Shown here: in pieces, positions 9,804-19,463 of the stretch
Layout: the number at the start of each line of letters is the position of its first letter
Position numbering within the stretch: the stretch's first letter is position 1
Assembly (NCBI GenBank): GCA_964591085.1
Contig: CAZPXH010000003.1
Location: forward strand, 158,426-222,425
DNA from: an uncultured Spirochaetaceae bacterium
GTDB taxonomy: Bacteria; Spirochaetota; Spirochaetia; DSM-27196; CAZPXH01
Length of the DNA stretch: 64,000 nucleotides
Reading direction: 5' to 3'
Position numbers and translations under genes: made by a program
The notes under the pieces: model-generated
The model's database searches: none
Seen by the model: the letters and a program-made list of their open reading frames with translations, nothing else
Told to the model about the DNA's origin: nothing

Positions 9804-10333
9804 GTAAGCTCCTCAACCGTCAGCGAGTCGTTGGTATAGATTCCGATGCGGGATGCAATCCGGAGTGATCGCTCCGCAATCTCGCGAGCTGACAGTTCTG
9901 AGCTGTCAAGGTACGCGAGCGCGGCAGCGCGGGCAAAGTTTCCTCCCGACCCCACGGCCAGGACTCCCTCCTCCGGCTCCACCACGTCTCCGGTTCCGGA
10001 GATGATAAACATCCGTGACCGATCCGCTACCAGAAGCATGGCCTCCAGTCGGCGAAGCATCCTGTCCGTGCGCCAGTCCTTTGCAAGCTCAACCGATGCT
10101 CGCGTGAGATCTCCCCCGTACTCGGAGACCCGGCTCTCAAAGCGCTCAAAGAGCGTGAAGGCATCCGCAGTAGCCCCGGCGAATCCCACGAGAATCCTGT
10201 CCTCGTAGATCCGCCGGACCTTGCGCGCGTTGCCCTTCATGATTGTATCGCCCAGCGTGACCTGGCCGTCTCCCGCCATTGCCACCGCGCCATTGCGCGA
10301 TACACAGCAGATTGTAGTTCCGTGCATGCTCAT
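9800..10333 (-). CDS. hslV: ATP-dependent protease subunit HslV
   Basis: 177 aa. N-terminal HGTTICCV with the catalytic Thr region, [24 protein letters not shown] overlap with xerC. Confidence 0.97.
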   Translation of the reverse strand: MSMHGTTICCVSRNGAVAMAGDGQVTLGDTIMKGNARKVRRIYEDRILVGFAGATADAFTLFERFESRVSEYGGDLTRASVELAKDWRTDRMLRRLEAMLLVADRSRMFIISGTGDVVEPEEGVLAVGSGGNFARAAALAYLDSSELSAREIAERSLRIASRIGIYTNDSLTVEELT

Positions 10334-11289
10334 GCTGTCTCCTCGCTTGCCGACTGTCCGCTGCTGCGAACACGCCCCCGTGCGTGGGGATGGGCGTGCT
10401 CGTAGACCTCGCGGAGCCGTCCCAGGCCAACGTGGGTGTAGACCTGGGTTGTGGACAGGCTCGCATGTCCAAGCATTTCCTGCACTGCCCGCAGGTGAGC
10501 ACCCGCGTCCAGCATACTTGTGGCAAAGCTGTGGCGCATGGTGTGGGGCCCGACCGGCCGGTTGCTTTCGATCGATCGCCCGAAGTGCGCCATCATGTCA
10601 TACATGCTCCTGGGAGAGAGGCGCGTGCCGTTTCGGTTCACAAACAGCGCAAACTCGGCACTGGAGCGGCCCTTTGCCTGCAGCAGGACCGCGCGTGCCG
10701 GCAGGTAGCGGGCGAGTGCCGCGCGCGCTTCCCGGCCGAGGAAGACCATCCGGTCCCGTCCACCTTTGCCGTGAACGCGGACCCGGGTCCGCGCAGCGGC
10801 ATCCCGAGGGCTCACGTCGTCAAGGTCCAGGGCCGCCAGCTCGGATACCCGGCATCCGGTGGAAAACAGCACCTCTACCAGCGCACGCAAACGCAGATCA
10901 TCAAAGGTGTCACCAAGTTCTGAAACACCGTCCGCAATGGCACCGGGCCTGAGCACGTTTGGCAGCCGCCTGGGCTGTCGCACGCTGTGAAGCCCGTCTG
11001 TGGACACTTCCGGACGTCCCCGGTGGCGGGTTCGGAAGCGCAGGAATCCCCGGAGGGAAGACAGGACGCGGTTCACACTGGAAGCCGCCCGCCCGCTGCG
11101 GGACAGGCTGGCGAGGTAGCGCCGCAACAGATCGCGGTCCAGGACTACCTGCTCATCAGTTTCCCGGCCGAGCCAGCTCAGAAACTGCTCCAGGTCGGTG
11201 CGGTACGCTCGGACACTGTTGGCCGACAGGCCACGGACACCGCTCAAGTAGGAGAGGTAGTCCGTCAGATCCTGGGTTAGTTCGTCCAT
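10330..11289 (-). CDS. xerC: Tyrosine recombinase XerC (CodV-like position upstream of hslVU)
   Basis: 319 aa. N-terminal SAM-like core-binding domain ([27 protein letters not shown]) and catalytic region [39 protein letters not shown]. Confidence 0.85.
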   Translation of the reverse strand: MDELTQDLTDYLSYLSGVRGLSANSVRAYRTDLEQFLSWLGRETDEQVVLDRDLLRRYLASLSRSGRAASSVNRVLSSLRGFLRFRTRHRGRPEVSTDGLHSVRQPRRLPNVLRPGAIADGVSELGDTFDDLRLRALVEVLFSTGCRVSELAALDLDDVSPRDAAARTRVRVHGKGGRDRMVFLGREARAALARYLPARAVLLQAKGRSSAEFALFVNRNGTRLSPRSMYDMMAHFGRSIESNRPVGPHTMRHSFATSMLDAGAHLRAVQEMLGHASLSTTQVYTHVGLGRLREVYEHAHPHARGRVRSSGQSASEETA

Positions 11290-12320
11290 GGTCCGGTACC
11301 CTCCATTCGGTCTGTTGTGCGAGTTCGGTCACCCGAAAGGACGAGTTCAGACACTTCCCCCGCCCCGCTGGAGCTCAGGTAGTTCGTGCTCTCATCCATC
11401 CCGCCTGCCGGAGGATCCGGGCGTAGAGCGGGACCAAGCAGTGAAATCACTTCGTCCGCATGTCCGATCACCGCCGCACCATCCCGGGCAAGCGCTGCCG
11501 CACCCTCTCCCCGGCTGCTTCCCAGTGCAACTGCTGTCACGGCGACGTCCCGGCCCTGGTCCAGCGCAAAATCCGCCGTAATCAGTGCGCCCGAGCGGGC
11601 GGGCGCTTCTACCACAACCGTCAGCGGAGAAAGGCCGGAGATGATCCGGTTTCGCGCCGGGAAGTGGTGTTTCAAGGGCGGGGTTCCCGGCGGGTACTCC
11701 GATACCAGGGCTCCTCCAGCCTTGAGGATGGCGCGCCCGAGGCCACGGTTGGAGGGCGGATAGATCACATCAACACCGCATCCGAGCACGGCAAGCGCCT
11801 TGCCGGACGCCGCAAGAGCCCCGGCGTGGGAGGCAGCGTCAATTCCACGGGCAAGCCCGGAGACTACCGGGATTCCCGCCTCGGCAAGCATGGCGCCGAG
11901 GTCCCAGGCCAGATCCCTGCCGGCGCCGGTCGGTTGCCGTGTCCCAACCACTGACACCGGACCAGGTCCCGCAGGTCTGAACTCGCTGATATCGGCCCCG
12001 CGGACAAAGAGGACCAGCGGCGCGTAGTGTATCTCGGTCAACAGCGAGGGATAGCCGCTGTCTCCGAGGACTACCACCGAGATCCCGGCTCGTTCGCAGG
12101 CGCGCAGGCAGCTCTCCGCGTCCCGGGCAAGCTGCGCCGGAGATTCAAAGCCATCCCGGGGCCACTCACCGGTCAGGTCATGGATATCTGAACGGCTCAG
12201 CCGGGCAAAGTCTCCGGTGTGCAGATGCTCACGAAGCAAGGACTCCCGACCGTTGCGGCTCAGGCCACTCGCCGAACGCAGCGCGAGGCCTACCAGAATC
12301 TGGTCATGCTGTGCGGTCAT
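11277..12320 (-). CDS. dprA: DNA-processing protein DprA (Smf)
   Basis: 347 aa. Rossmann-like core VSVVGTRQPTGAGRDLAWDLG...VVSGLARGIDAASHAGAL...FPARNRIISGLS typical of DprA. Confidence 0.9.
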   Translation of the reverse strand: MTAQHDQILVGLALRSASGLSRNGRESLLREHLHTGDFARLSRSDIHDLTGEWPRDGFESPAQLARDAESCLRACERAGISVVVLGDSGYPSLLTEIHYAPLVLFVRGADISEFRPAGPGPVSVVGTRQPTGAGRDLAWDLGAMLAEAGIPVVSGLARGIDAASHAGALAASGKALAVLGCGVDVIYPPSNRGLGRAILKAGGALVSEYPPGTPPLKHHFPARNRIISGLSPLTVVVEAPARSGALITADFALDQGRDVAVTAVALGSSRGEGAAALARDGAAVIGHADEVISLLGPALRPDPPAGGMDESTNYLSSSGAGEVSELVLSGDRTRTTDRMEGTGPWTN

Positions 12321-13054
12321 CTCAGCACCTCCCGGAGCTGTCGCTCGTTTTCACGCGCGGCGGCGCGCACCGCGTCACTGGACGCGCTTTGGGCAAGATC
12401 ACCGTAGACCTGCGCCGCGTCCGAGATTCGCCCAAGCTGCGCAAGAATGCGGCCGAGCAGGAGGCGAGCGCGCTCATCCCGGGGGTCAACGGAAAGAGCG
12501 ATCTGCACCGCCTCCAGCGCGGCCGCGGGTTGAGACAGTTCAAACGAGTAGAGCACAGCAAGCCCGTAGGCGGCCTCCTCGTACTCGGGATCAAGCTCCA
12601 ACGCGCGGGTGTACAGGAGCTCGGAATCCGAGAGGAGCCCGCTCTTTTCTTCATCATCCACCTGTGCCTGCGCATACCGCGCGCCGACAACCGCCGCGCG
12701 GTAGAAGACAATGGGGTTCTCCGGTTCCAGGTCCAGCACTTCCAGATAGGAGTCCCAGGCAAGCCCGAGGAACCCGTTTTCCTCGTAGGTTGTGGCGAGC
12801 AGCCTCAGGGCGGTTCGGAGATCGCCGGCAAGCTCAATGCGGTCCTCAAGCTGACCGCGGAGCCGGGCTACATCTGCTTCAATCTCTGCAATTCGTTCCT
12901 CGCTCACTTCTTCCCGGCCCAGTGAAGGCAGTTCGAGGTCAAGGACACGCTGAACGTCAGCTCCCCGGGGACGAGGACGGCACGACGCCAATCCGACGAT
13001 CAGCAGCCCGCAGAGCGCGAACTGCAGCGCGGCGCGGCGCCGTGATCCGGTCAC
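12317..13054 (-). CDS. Tetratricopeptide-repeat lipoprotein
   Basis: 245 aa. Lipobox LIVGLASC after a basic N-terminus. TPR-like repeats (AYGLAVLYSFELSQPAAALEAVQIALSVDPRDERARLLLGRILAQLGR). GTGA overlap with xerD, ATGA overlap with dprA. Confidence 0.7.
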   Translation of the reverse strand: MTGSRRRAALQFALCGLLIVGLASCRPRPRGADVQRVLDLELPSLGREEVSEERIAEIEADVARLRGQLEDRIELAGDLRTALRLLATTYEENGFLGLAWDSYLEVLDLEPENPIVFYRAAVVGARYAQAQVDDEEKSGLLSDSELLYTRALELDPEYEEAAYGLAVLYSFELSQPAAALEAVQIALSVDPRDERARLLLGRILAQLGRISDAAQVYGDLAQSASSDAVRAAARENERQLREVLR

Positions 13055-13965
13055 GATGGATCCCGCTCCCGGGGGTGGAATTCTCCGTGGATTCGCTCCA
13101 GCGAGCCGGTGTCCACGTGGGTGTAGATCTGCGTTGTGGCGATGTCCGAATGCCCCAGGAGTTCCTGGACGCTCCGGAGATCCGCACCTCCCTCCAGAAG
13201 GTGGGTGGCAAAGGAATGGCGCAGGGTGTGGACTTTCGCGGAGACACCGGTCTGCGCCACCAGCGAGCGAAATCGTTTCCAGATTCCTTTGCGGGACAGA
13301 CCGGTACCGAGGTGGTTGAGGAACACACGATCGGTCGGTCGGTCCACCCGGGCAAGGCGAGGACGACCGCGGGTGAGGTACATTCCGAGCCAGTCGCGGG
13401 CCTGGTCACCAAGCGGCACCAGGCGCTCCTTGTCGCCCTTTCCAAAAACTCGAACGATCCGGTCTTCCAGGAACACGTGGTCCAGCGTAAGTCCCGACGC
13501 CTCCGAAACACGGAGTCCGCAGGAGTAAATCAGCTCAAACAAGGCCCGGTCGCGCAGCCCAAGCGGTTTGTGGGTATCGATTGCGTCCAGGATGGACTCC
13601 ACTTCCTCCACGCGGAGGACCTCCGGAAGCCTGCGAACCTGCCTTGGGGAGTCAATGAGAGTCATGGGATTGGTGGCCCGCCGTTCGTCCAGGACCAGAA
13701 ACTGGAACAGTCCGCGCAGTGAGCTGATGACCCGTGCAATGGTCCGTGAATCCAGGCCCTCGCCCTCCCGGGCAACCAGATAATCAACAACATCTGTGGT
13801 CTCTGCAGAAGCAAGCGTCCGCTGCCGGTCCGCAAGAAAGCCCAGCAGAGACCTTGCTTCCCGGGCGTAGGTATCCACGGTACGAGCCGCAAGACGCAGC
13901 TCGTGCCTGAGATAGCCTTCGTACTCGCTAAGGACCTCGTCCAGGGCGGTGTCAGCCATTTCCAT
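13051..13965 (-). CDS. xerD: Tyrosine recombinase XerD
   Basis: Catalytic region [39 protein letters not shown]. The track ORF to 14040 is over-extended. The in-frame ATG at 13965 (or 13959) overlaps the ftsZ stop (13952-13954) by a few nt. Confidence 0.88.
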   Translation of the reverse strand: MEMADTALDEVLSEYEGYLRHELRLAARTVDTYAREARSLLGFLADRQRTLASAETTDVVDYLVAREGEGLDSRTIARVISSLRGLFQFLVLDERRATNPMTLIDSPRQVRRLPEVLRVEEVESILDAIDTHKPLGLRDRALFELIYSCGLRVSEASGLTLDHVFLEDRIVRVFGKGDKERLVPLGDQARDWLGMYLTRGRPRLARVDRPTDRVFLNHLGTGLSRKGIWKRFRSLVAQTGVSAKVHTLRHSFATHLLEGGADLRSVQELLGHSDIATTQIYTHVDTGSLERIHGEFHPRERDPS

Positions 13966-15148
13966 TGCGCACCTGACCACCACCGTTGCGGAGCACCGCC
14001 GGAATCCCGAGATTGTCATCCAGGTCAAAGTCGCTTGCAAGGAATTCGTCGGTCTCCGCCGCAGTCCTTCCCGTGGTCATCCGGATCCATGCATCAAGGG
14101 GGATTACCTCGGAACCTCCCGCGCTGCTTTGGACGGGAGCCTCCTCCGGCTTCTGGGCGAGGGGCTCGGGCTCACGGTCAAAGCCGGTGGCAATGACGGT
14201 GACCTTGATCCGCCCTTCCATGCTCTCTTCAATGGCGGTCCCGGAGATCACCAGCGCATCGTCATCAGCGTTCGCCGTGATGATGTTCAGGACTTCCTCG
14301 TACTCGCTGAGGGTGAGATCCGGACCTCCCGTGACGTTTACCAGGAGTCCGTTGGCCCCCTCTATTCTTGCGTCTTCCAGCAGGGGATTGTTGATGGCCG
14401 CCGTGGCGGCATCCACAGCCCGGTTGTCTCCGCGTGCCTCACCGATGCCCATCAGTGCATCGCCCTGGCCCTTCATGATGGTGCTGACATCTGCGAAGTC
14501 GGTGTTGATTTCACCGGGCTTGGTGATCAGGTCTGAGATGCCCTGCACGCTCTGGCGCAGCACGTCATCCGCCACCAGGAGTGCCTCTGTGATCACGGTC
14601 TTGCGCTCCACAATCTGCAGCAGGTGCTGGTTGGGGATAGTGATGAGGGTGTCCACACTGTCGCGAAGTTTGTTGATCCCGTCATCAGCAAGGCGTGCCT
14701 TCTTGCGGCCCTCAAATGTGAAGGGCCGGGTCACCACCGCAACGGTAAGGATTTCCAGCTCACGGGCAATGCGGGCAATGACGGGCGCTGCTCCGGTCCC
14801 GGTGCCGCCACCCATTCCCGCGGTGACAAACACCATGTCGGCGCCCGAAATCGCCTCCTTCAGCTCCTCCACGTTCTCCATGGCGGCCTGTTCGCCGATC
14901 TCCGGCTTACCTCCGGCCCCGAGGCCGCCGGTCAGCTTGTGTCCGATTGCCAGTTTCCGCCGAGCCCGGGCGTTGGACAGTGCCTGGACATCGGTGTTCA
15001 CGCAAATGAACTCCACGTCAGTCAGGCCTGCGGCGATCATCCGGTTGACGGCATTGCTTCCACCGCCGCCAACCCCAATGACCTTAATGACGGTGGGGCT
15101 GCCGGGCACTCCCCTGCTTTCGTCAACCTCGAATATCTCGATGTTCAT
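13952..15148 (-). CDS. ftsZ: Cell division GTPase FtsZ
   Basis: 398 aa. Tubulin signature [23 protein letters not shown]-terminal conserved peptide region ([10 protein letters not shown]). GGGAGGGG RBS. Confidence 0.98.
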   Translation of the reverse strand: MNIEIFEVDESRGVPGSPTVIKVIGVGGGGSNAVNRMIAAGLTDVEFICVNTDVQALSNARARRKLAIGHKLTGGLGAGGKPEIGEQAAMENVEELKEAISGADMVFVTAGMGGGTGTGAAPVIARIARELEILTVAVVTRPFTFEGRKKARLADDGINKLRDSVDTLITIPNQHLLQIVERKTVITEALLVADDVLRQSVQGISDLITKPGEINTDFADVSTIMKGQGDALMGIGEARGDNRAVDAATAAINNPLLEDARIEGANGLLVNVTGGPDLTLSEYEEVLNIITANADDDALVISGTAIEESMEGRIKVTVIATGFDREPEPLAQKPEEAPVQSSAGGSEVIPLDAWIRMTTGRTAAETDEFLASDFDLDDNLGIPAVLRNGGGQVRNGNG

Positions 15149-15171
15149 GACCCCTCCCTTGCAAACTCATG

Positions 15172-16407
15172 CTATTCAAAGAACCTGCGCAGCCACCCCC
15201 GTAGCCCACGCAGAACTCCCGGTGTCTCGCCGTGTCTCCGGCGCTCCGGTTCCTCAAAGCTCAGGTGCTGGCGGGCGTATTCAATAAGCCCGACCGCGGT
15301 TGCAAACTCCGGACCGCTGACTTCTGCCACCAGTCCGGCTTCCGGGAGCGGCGTTCCCACCCTGGCTGGAAGGCTAAAGACCTCCTGTGCCAGGTCCACC
15401 ACTCCCGGAAGGGCTGCACCACCTCCGGTCAGCACAACCCCGCCGCCAATCCCACGGAGGATGTCCTGCTGCTCAAGCCGATCCCGTGCAAGACCAAAAA
15501 TCTCGGCTACCCTGGGCTGGATGATTGCGGCGATCTTCCGCCGGTCTATGGCGATTGGCGGACGGCCGCCGACCCCGGGAATGATGACCGGTTCATTTCC
15601 CGCAACCAGCGGAAGCCAGGCGCATCCCGCGCTGTGCTTGATCTCTCGGGCGGCCTGCAGCGGGGTCTTCAGCATGATGCTGAGATCGCTTGTGACCTGC
15701 GCCCCGCCCACGGGAAGAGAGCTGGTGAAGACCGGCGAACTGTCACGGTGGACCGAGATGTCGGTGGTCCCCTCGCCGAGGTCCAGTAGGAGAACCCCGA
15801 GCTCCTGCTCGTCCCGGCTCAGCACCGTCATCCCGGCGGCGACCGTATCCAGGATGATGGAGTCCACGCGGAATCCAGCCCGATTGATGCTGCGGACAAG
15901 ATTCTGCGCTGCGGTGGCGCTGGCGGTGATGATGTGCACGAGCGCTTCCAGACGGACGCCGATCATGTCCCGCGGATCCTTGATCCCGGCGTGGTTGTCA
16001 ACAATGAAGTCCTGAGGGATGACGTGGAGTATTTCCCGGTCCAGCGGGATTGCCACGCTCCGCGCCGTCTCCAGCACGCGCTCCACATCCTCATCGGTGA
16101 TTTCCCGGCTCTTGCCGGTGACCTTCACCACACCCTTGCTGTTGGTTCCTTCAATCTGTCCTCCGGAGATGCCGGCGTGAACACTGGCCACCTCCTGACC
16201 CGCCATCTGCTCCGCCTGCTCCACTGCAGCCTGGATGGCGCGAACCGTCGCTTCAATGTTTACAACAACGCCCTTGCGCAGCCCCTGCGACGGCTGCCGA
16301 CCAACACCGAGAATCTCCGGGAAACCAGCCTCCGAAATCTCGGAGATGACCACGGTGGTCCAGGCGGTTCCCACGTCCAGTCCGGTCAACACGATGTCGT
16401 TCTTCAT
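15172..16407 (-). CDS. ftsA: Cell division protein FtsA
   Basis: 411 aa, actin-like ATPase (LDVGTAWTTVVISE..., LLLDLGEGTTDISV, VVLTGGGAALPGV). Confidence 0.95.
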   Translation of the reverse strand: MKNDIVLTGLDVGTAWTTVVISEISEAGFPEILGVGRQPSQGLRKGVVVNIEATVRAIQAAVEQAEQMAGQEVASVHAGISGGQIEGTNSKGVVKVTGKSREITDEDVERVLETARSVAIPLDREILHVIPQDFIVDNHAGIKDPRDMIGVRLEALVHIITASATAAQNLVRSINRAGFRVDSIILDTVAAGMTVLSRDEQELGVLLLDLGEGTTDISVHRDSSPVFTSSLPVGGAQVTSDLSIMLKTPLQAAREIKHSAGCAWLPLVAGNEPVIIPGVGGRPPIAIDRRKIAAIIQPRVAEIFGLARDRLEQQDILRGIGGGVVLTGGGAALPGVVDLAQEVFSLPARVGTPLPEAGLVAEVSGPEFATAVGLIEYARQHLSFEEPERRRHGETPGVLRGLRGWLRRFFE

Positions 16408-17231
16408 CTGCCAGTCTCCACGTTCCGCAGAACAATTCCGCCGCTGCGCAAGTCCAGGAGCTGGCCGGCCGGGAGCCGCATGGATCCCGCCGCAATCAAG
16501 CCGGCCCGGAGGGCCTCCGCGGTGAAGCGCCCTTCCAGCCGGAATGCAACGGGCACCGACAGGGGGTAGGCCACAACCTCCACGGCCCCGCCTGCCACGG
16601 GGTCCACCCGGAACTCGCTGAAGGACAGAAGCAGATCCGGTGCGCTATCCCGCAGGATGTTGAGACTGTGCAGGACCGGGAGAAGCATCGCCTCTGCCTG
16701 CTGTCCCGGCGCAAGTCGCCGTATCAATCCGCCGGAGAGCAGGGGGAGTTCCCGCAGCTGCATCCGGCTTGCCGGTGAAAAGACCATCCCGGTCTCATCC
16801 ATGGCATAGAGGCGGGATCTCCGCGAATCGGGAACCAGCACGGACACCAGCGGCTGCCGGGCGTGCAGCTCCACAATCAACGTGTCGGGGAAGCGTAGCC
16901 CAAGGTTGGCATCTGCCACGGGCGCAAGGCTCTCCAGCCGACGTGCGGCGCGGTCCAGATCGTAGAGGAGGAGCGGCTCACCGGCGCGCAGGCCGATGAT
17001 GCTGCGCACTTCTGACTCAGTGATGTCCAGGTCCGAGCGGATGATGACCCGCTCAATTCCCGGCAGCAGCAGAAGCGTAGTTATCAACGCAACAAGCAGA
17101 ACCACCGCCAGCAGCAGGAGCGGGCCGCGACGCCGATTGCCCGCGTTCACCTCGGTGAGGCGCGGGCCGGGACTGCGGAGCTCGGTGGCCCGGTCTCTAC
17201 CGGGACCCCAGTTCCGAGCGGCTTCACTCAT
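16404..17231 (-). CDS. ftsQ: Cell division protein FtsQ/DivIB-like (POTRA)
   Basis: Single TM (LLLLAVVLLVALITTLLLL), then a POTRA-like region (IERVIIRSDLDITESEVRSIIGLRAGEPLL). I chose the ATG at 17231 (8-nt overlap with ftsW). The track start at 17255 is TTG. Confidence 0.7.
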   Translation of the reverse strand: MSEAARNWGPGRDRATELRSPGPRLTEVNAGNRRRGPLLLLAVVLLVALITTLLLLPGIERVIIRSDLDITESEVRSIIGLRAGEPLLLYDLDRAARRLESLAPVADANLGLRFPDTLIVELHARQPLVSVLVPDSRRSRLYAMDETGMVFSPASRMQLRELPLLSGGLIRRLAPGQQAEAMLLPVLHSLNILRDSAPDLLLSFSEFRVDPVAGGAVEVVAYPLSVPVAFRLEGRFTAEALRAGLIAAGSMRLPAGQLLDLRSGGIVLRNVETGR

Positions 17232-18351
17232 GTGATGCCCCCTGCTTGCGCGCAAGGTTCACCAGGAGCCCCGCCGCCACACCGGTGGCCAGCAGTGAAG
17301 AGCCACCCGCGCTGATCAGTGGAAGCGGAATTCCGGTTGAGGGCGCCAGGCCGGCAACCACCGCCATGTTCAGCAAGGCCTGCAGGATCACAGCGACGGT
17401 GAGGCCAAATGCCAGAAGTCGACCAAAGCCCGCCTGCTGATACATGCCCACGCGCATGCCCAGCCAACCGAGCAGACCAAAGAGCAACAGAATGAGGCTG
17501 ACCCCGAGGAATCCTGCTTCCTCGCCAACCACGGCAAAGATGAAGTCGCTTTCCGGCAGAGGCAGCAGCCCGAGCTTGGCCTCTCCGCCGCCAATCCCTG
17601 TCCCGAGCAGACCACCGGATTCAAGCGCGCGCTGTGCTGCAAGCATCTGGAATCCACTGCCCATCGGATCACGGTGCGGTTCCAGAAAGGCGATCACACG
17701 GCGGACCCGGTGTTCACGAGACAGCAACAGAATCGTCACTACCGGCACCGCCGCCAGAAGGGTCCCGACGAAGTAGCGCAGCGGGGCACCCGAAAGAAAG
17801 AAGAGCCCGAGCGCGAGGAGTCCAACGAAGATTGCGGTTGAGAAATCGTTCTGGAGAACAATGAGACCAGCCACCGCCGTGGACACGATGAAGGGCGGGA
17901 GCAGGTCACCAAGTGGATCCGTCCAATCACTGCGCGATGCGAGGATGTGCGCGAGGTACAGCACAAGGGCCGGTTTGGCAAACTCCGAGGGCTGGAAGCT
18001 CATCCCCGCCACGATGATCCACCGCCGGCCGCCGAGAAACTCCGCACCAATCCCAGGCACAAGCGTTGCGGCGAGCAGCACAATGACAAGAACCATAATC
18101 AGAGGTGAGAGCCTGCGGAGACGCTGCAGCGGGACGAATGCCGCCACCGCGCCAGCAAGGGAACTCAGCCCGAGCCACAGCATCTGCCGCCACACAAAGT
18201 ACAATCCGTCTCCAAACAGGCGCTCGGCGCGGAAGTGACTGGCCGACAGCAACGTAGCTAGCCCAAGACCGGCAAGCACTGCGAACACCGCAATCAGCGC
18301 AAGATCACTGCGGTCGGGCCTGATTGGATCCGGAAGGATTCGCTGACCCAT
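17224..18351 (-). CDS. ftsW: Peptidoglycan glycosyltransferase FtsW (SEDS family)
   Basis: About 375 aa with 10 predicted TM segments. SEDS motifs ...FQPSEFAKPALVLYLA..., PESDFIFAVVGEEAGFLG, GIPLPLISAGGSSL. ATGA overlap with mraY. Confidence 0.9.
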   Translation of the reverse strand: MGQRILPDPIRPDRSDLALIAVFAVLAGLGLATLLSASHFRAERLFGDGLYFVWRQMLWLGLSSLAGAVAAFVPLQRLRRLSPLIMVLVIVLLAATLVPGIGAEFLGGRRWIIVAGMSFQPSEFAKPALVLYLAHILASRSDWTDPLGDLLPPFIVSTAVAGLIVLQNDFSTAIFVGLLALGLFFLSGAPLRYFVGTLLAAVPVVTILLLSREHRVRRVIAFLEPHRDPMGSGFQMLAAQRALESGGLLGTGIGGGEAKLGLLPLPESDFIFAVVGEEAGFLGVSLILLLFGLLGWLGMRVGMYQQAGFGRLLAFGLTVAVILQALLNMAVVAGLAPSTGIPLPLISAGGSSLLATGVAAGLLVNLARKQGASHE

Positions 18352-19463
18352 CAACGAACCTTAAGGGTGGAGAGAGCCAGGATTGCAAAGAGCCCGCCCA
18401 GGATCCAGAAGCGCATTACTACCTTGGATTCAGGCCATCCCTTCAACTCGAAGTGATGATGCAGAGGTGCCATGAGGAAGACACGCTTGCCGGTTCTCCT
18501 GTAGCTCCACACCTGGATGATGACGCTCGCTGCCTCCAGGACAAAGACTCCGCCGGCGATGACCAGGATGAGTTCCTTCTTGATCATGAGGGAGATGGTC
18601 CCGATGATTCCCCCCAGCGCCAGGCTGCCGGTATCGCCCATCATGATTTCCGCCGGATGGGCGTTGTACCACAGAAAGCCGACGGAAGCTCCGGTGACGG
18701 CGAGGCAAAGCACGGCGAGCTCTCCGCCTCCGGGGATATAGGGAATCTGCAGGTAGGCACTCCAGTCCACCCGGCCGGCAACGTAGGAGAGCGCGGCAAA
18801 GGTGAGCCCCACCATGATCACCAGGCCCGTTGCCAGCCCATCCAGCCCGTCCGTCAGGTTGACGGCGTTGCTTGTTCCAACCAGAAGCACAACCGCGAAG
18901 GGAACGTAGAAGACCGAAAGGTCCACCAGAGGGTCCTTGAACAACGGAATGAAAAGCTGTGTCTGCTCCGGACCGCCGGTGAGCACCAGCGTGACCGAGA
19001 CTGCGGTACCGATCAGTACCTGCCCGATTATCTTCACCCGAGGGGATATTCCTTTCTTGTCGCCCAGGAAGACCTTCCGGTAGTCATCTGCAAAGCCCAG
19101 CGCACCAAAACCCAGGAGCGCTACCATCGCAATCCAGGTGTTGATGTGGTCCCAGGACATCCACAGGAATACGGAGACCAGGGTTGCGGCGATGATGAGC
19201 AAACCTCCCATGGTCGGCGTGCCGGACTTCACACTGTGACTCTCCGGTCCGACGCTCCGGATCCGTTCTCCGGCGTCGCGGTTTTTGAGTGTACGGATCA
19301 GCCAGGGCCCAAGGAGAAAGCAGATGAGAAGCGCGGTGACCGCAGCGTAGGCTGCCCGGAAAGTGATGTACTGAAAGATGTTGAACGGCGTAAAGAATCG
19401 CGTCAGCGGAAAGAGCAGGGCCTCAAGCACGGGACGCCTCCACAGATTGTGGGAGCTCGGCAC
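18351..19463 (-). CDS. mraY: Phospho-N-acetylmuramoyl-pentapeptide transferase MraY
   Basis: FNIFQYITFRAAYA, GTPTMGGLLI, NAVNLTDGLDGLA, HHHFEL motifs. An alternative GTG start at 19430 (8-nt overlap with murF) fits family N-termini better. Confidence 0.95.
   Translation of the reverse strand: MPSSHNLWRRPVLEALLFPLTRFFTPFNIFQYITFRAAYAAVTALLICFLLGPWLIRTLKNRDAGERIRSVGPESHSVKSGTPTMGGLLIIAATLVSVFLWMSWDHINTWIAMVALLGFGALGFADDYRKVFLGDKKGISPRVKIIGQVLIGTAVSVTLVLTGGPEQTQLFIPLFKDPLVDLSVFYVPFAVVLLVGTSNAVNLTDGLDGLATGLVIMVGLTFAALSYVAGRVDWSAYLQIPYIPGGGELAVLCLAVTGASVGFLWYNAHPAEIMMGDTGSLALGGIIGTISLMIKKELILVIAGGVFVLEAASVIIQVWSYRRTGKRVFLMAPLHHHFELKGWPESKVVMRFWILGGLFAILALSTLKVR

Noticed and set aside
12217-13722. 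501-aa plus-strand ORF, extremely Arg/Pro-rich, spanning the dprA end, the TPR gene and xerD.
   Set aside because: Shadow ORF antisense to three well-supported genes. Its composition is incompatible with a folded protein.
10330-13965. Two tyrosine recombinases, considered as a possible integrative mobile element or integron.
   Set aside because: Both have XerC/XerD-type catalytic regions. They are embedded by 4-nt overlaps in housekeeping operons (hslVU and ftsZ). They are not flanked by a tRNA, att-like repeats, or phage or transposon genes.
13986-16015. 433-aa and 463-aa plus-strand ORFs antisense to ftsZ and ftsA.
   Set aside because: Ser/Arg/Pro-rich shadow frames opposite two of the most conserved genes in the window.
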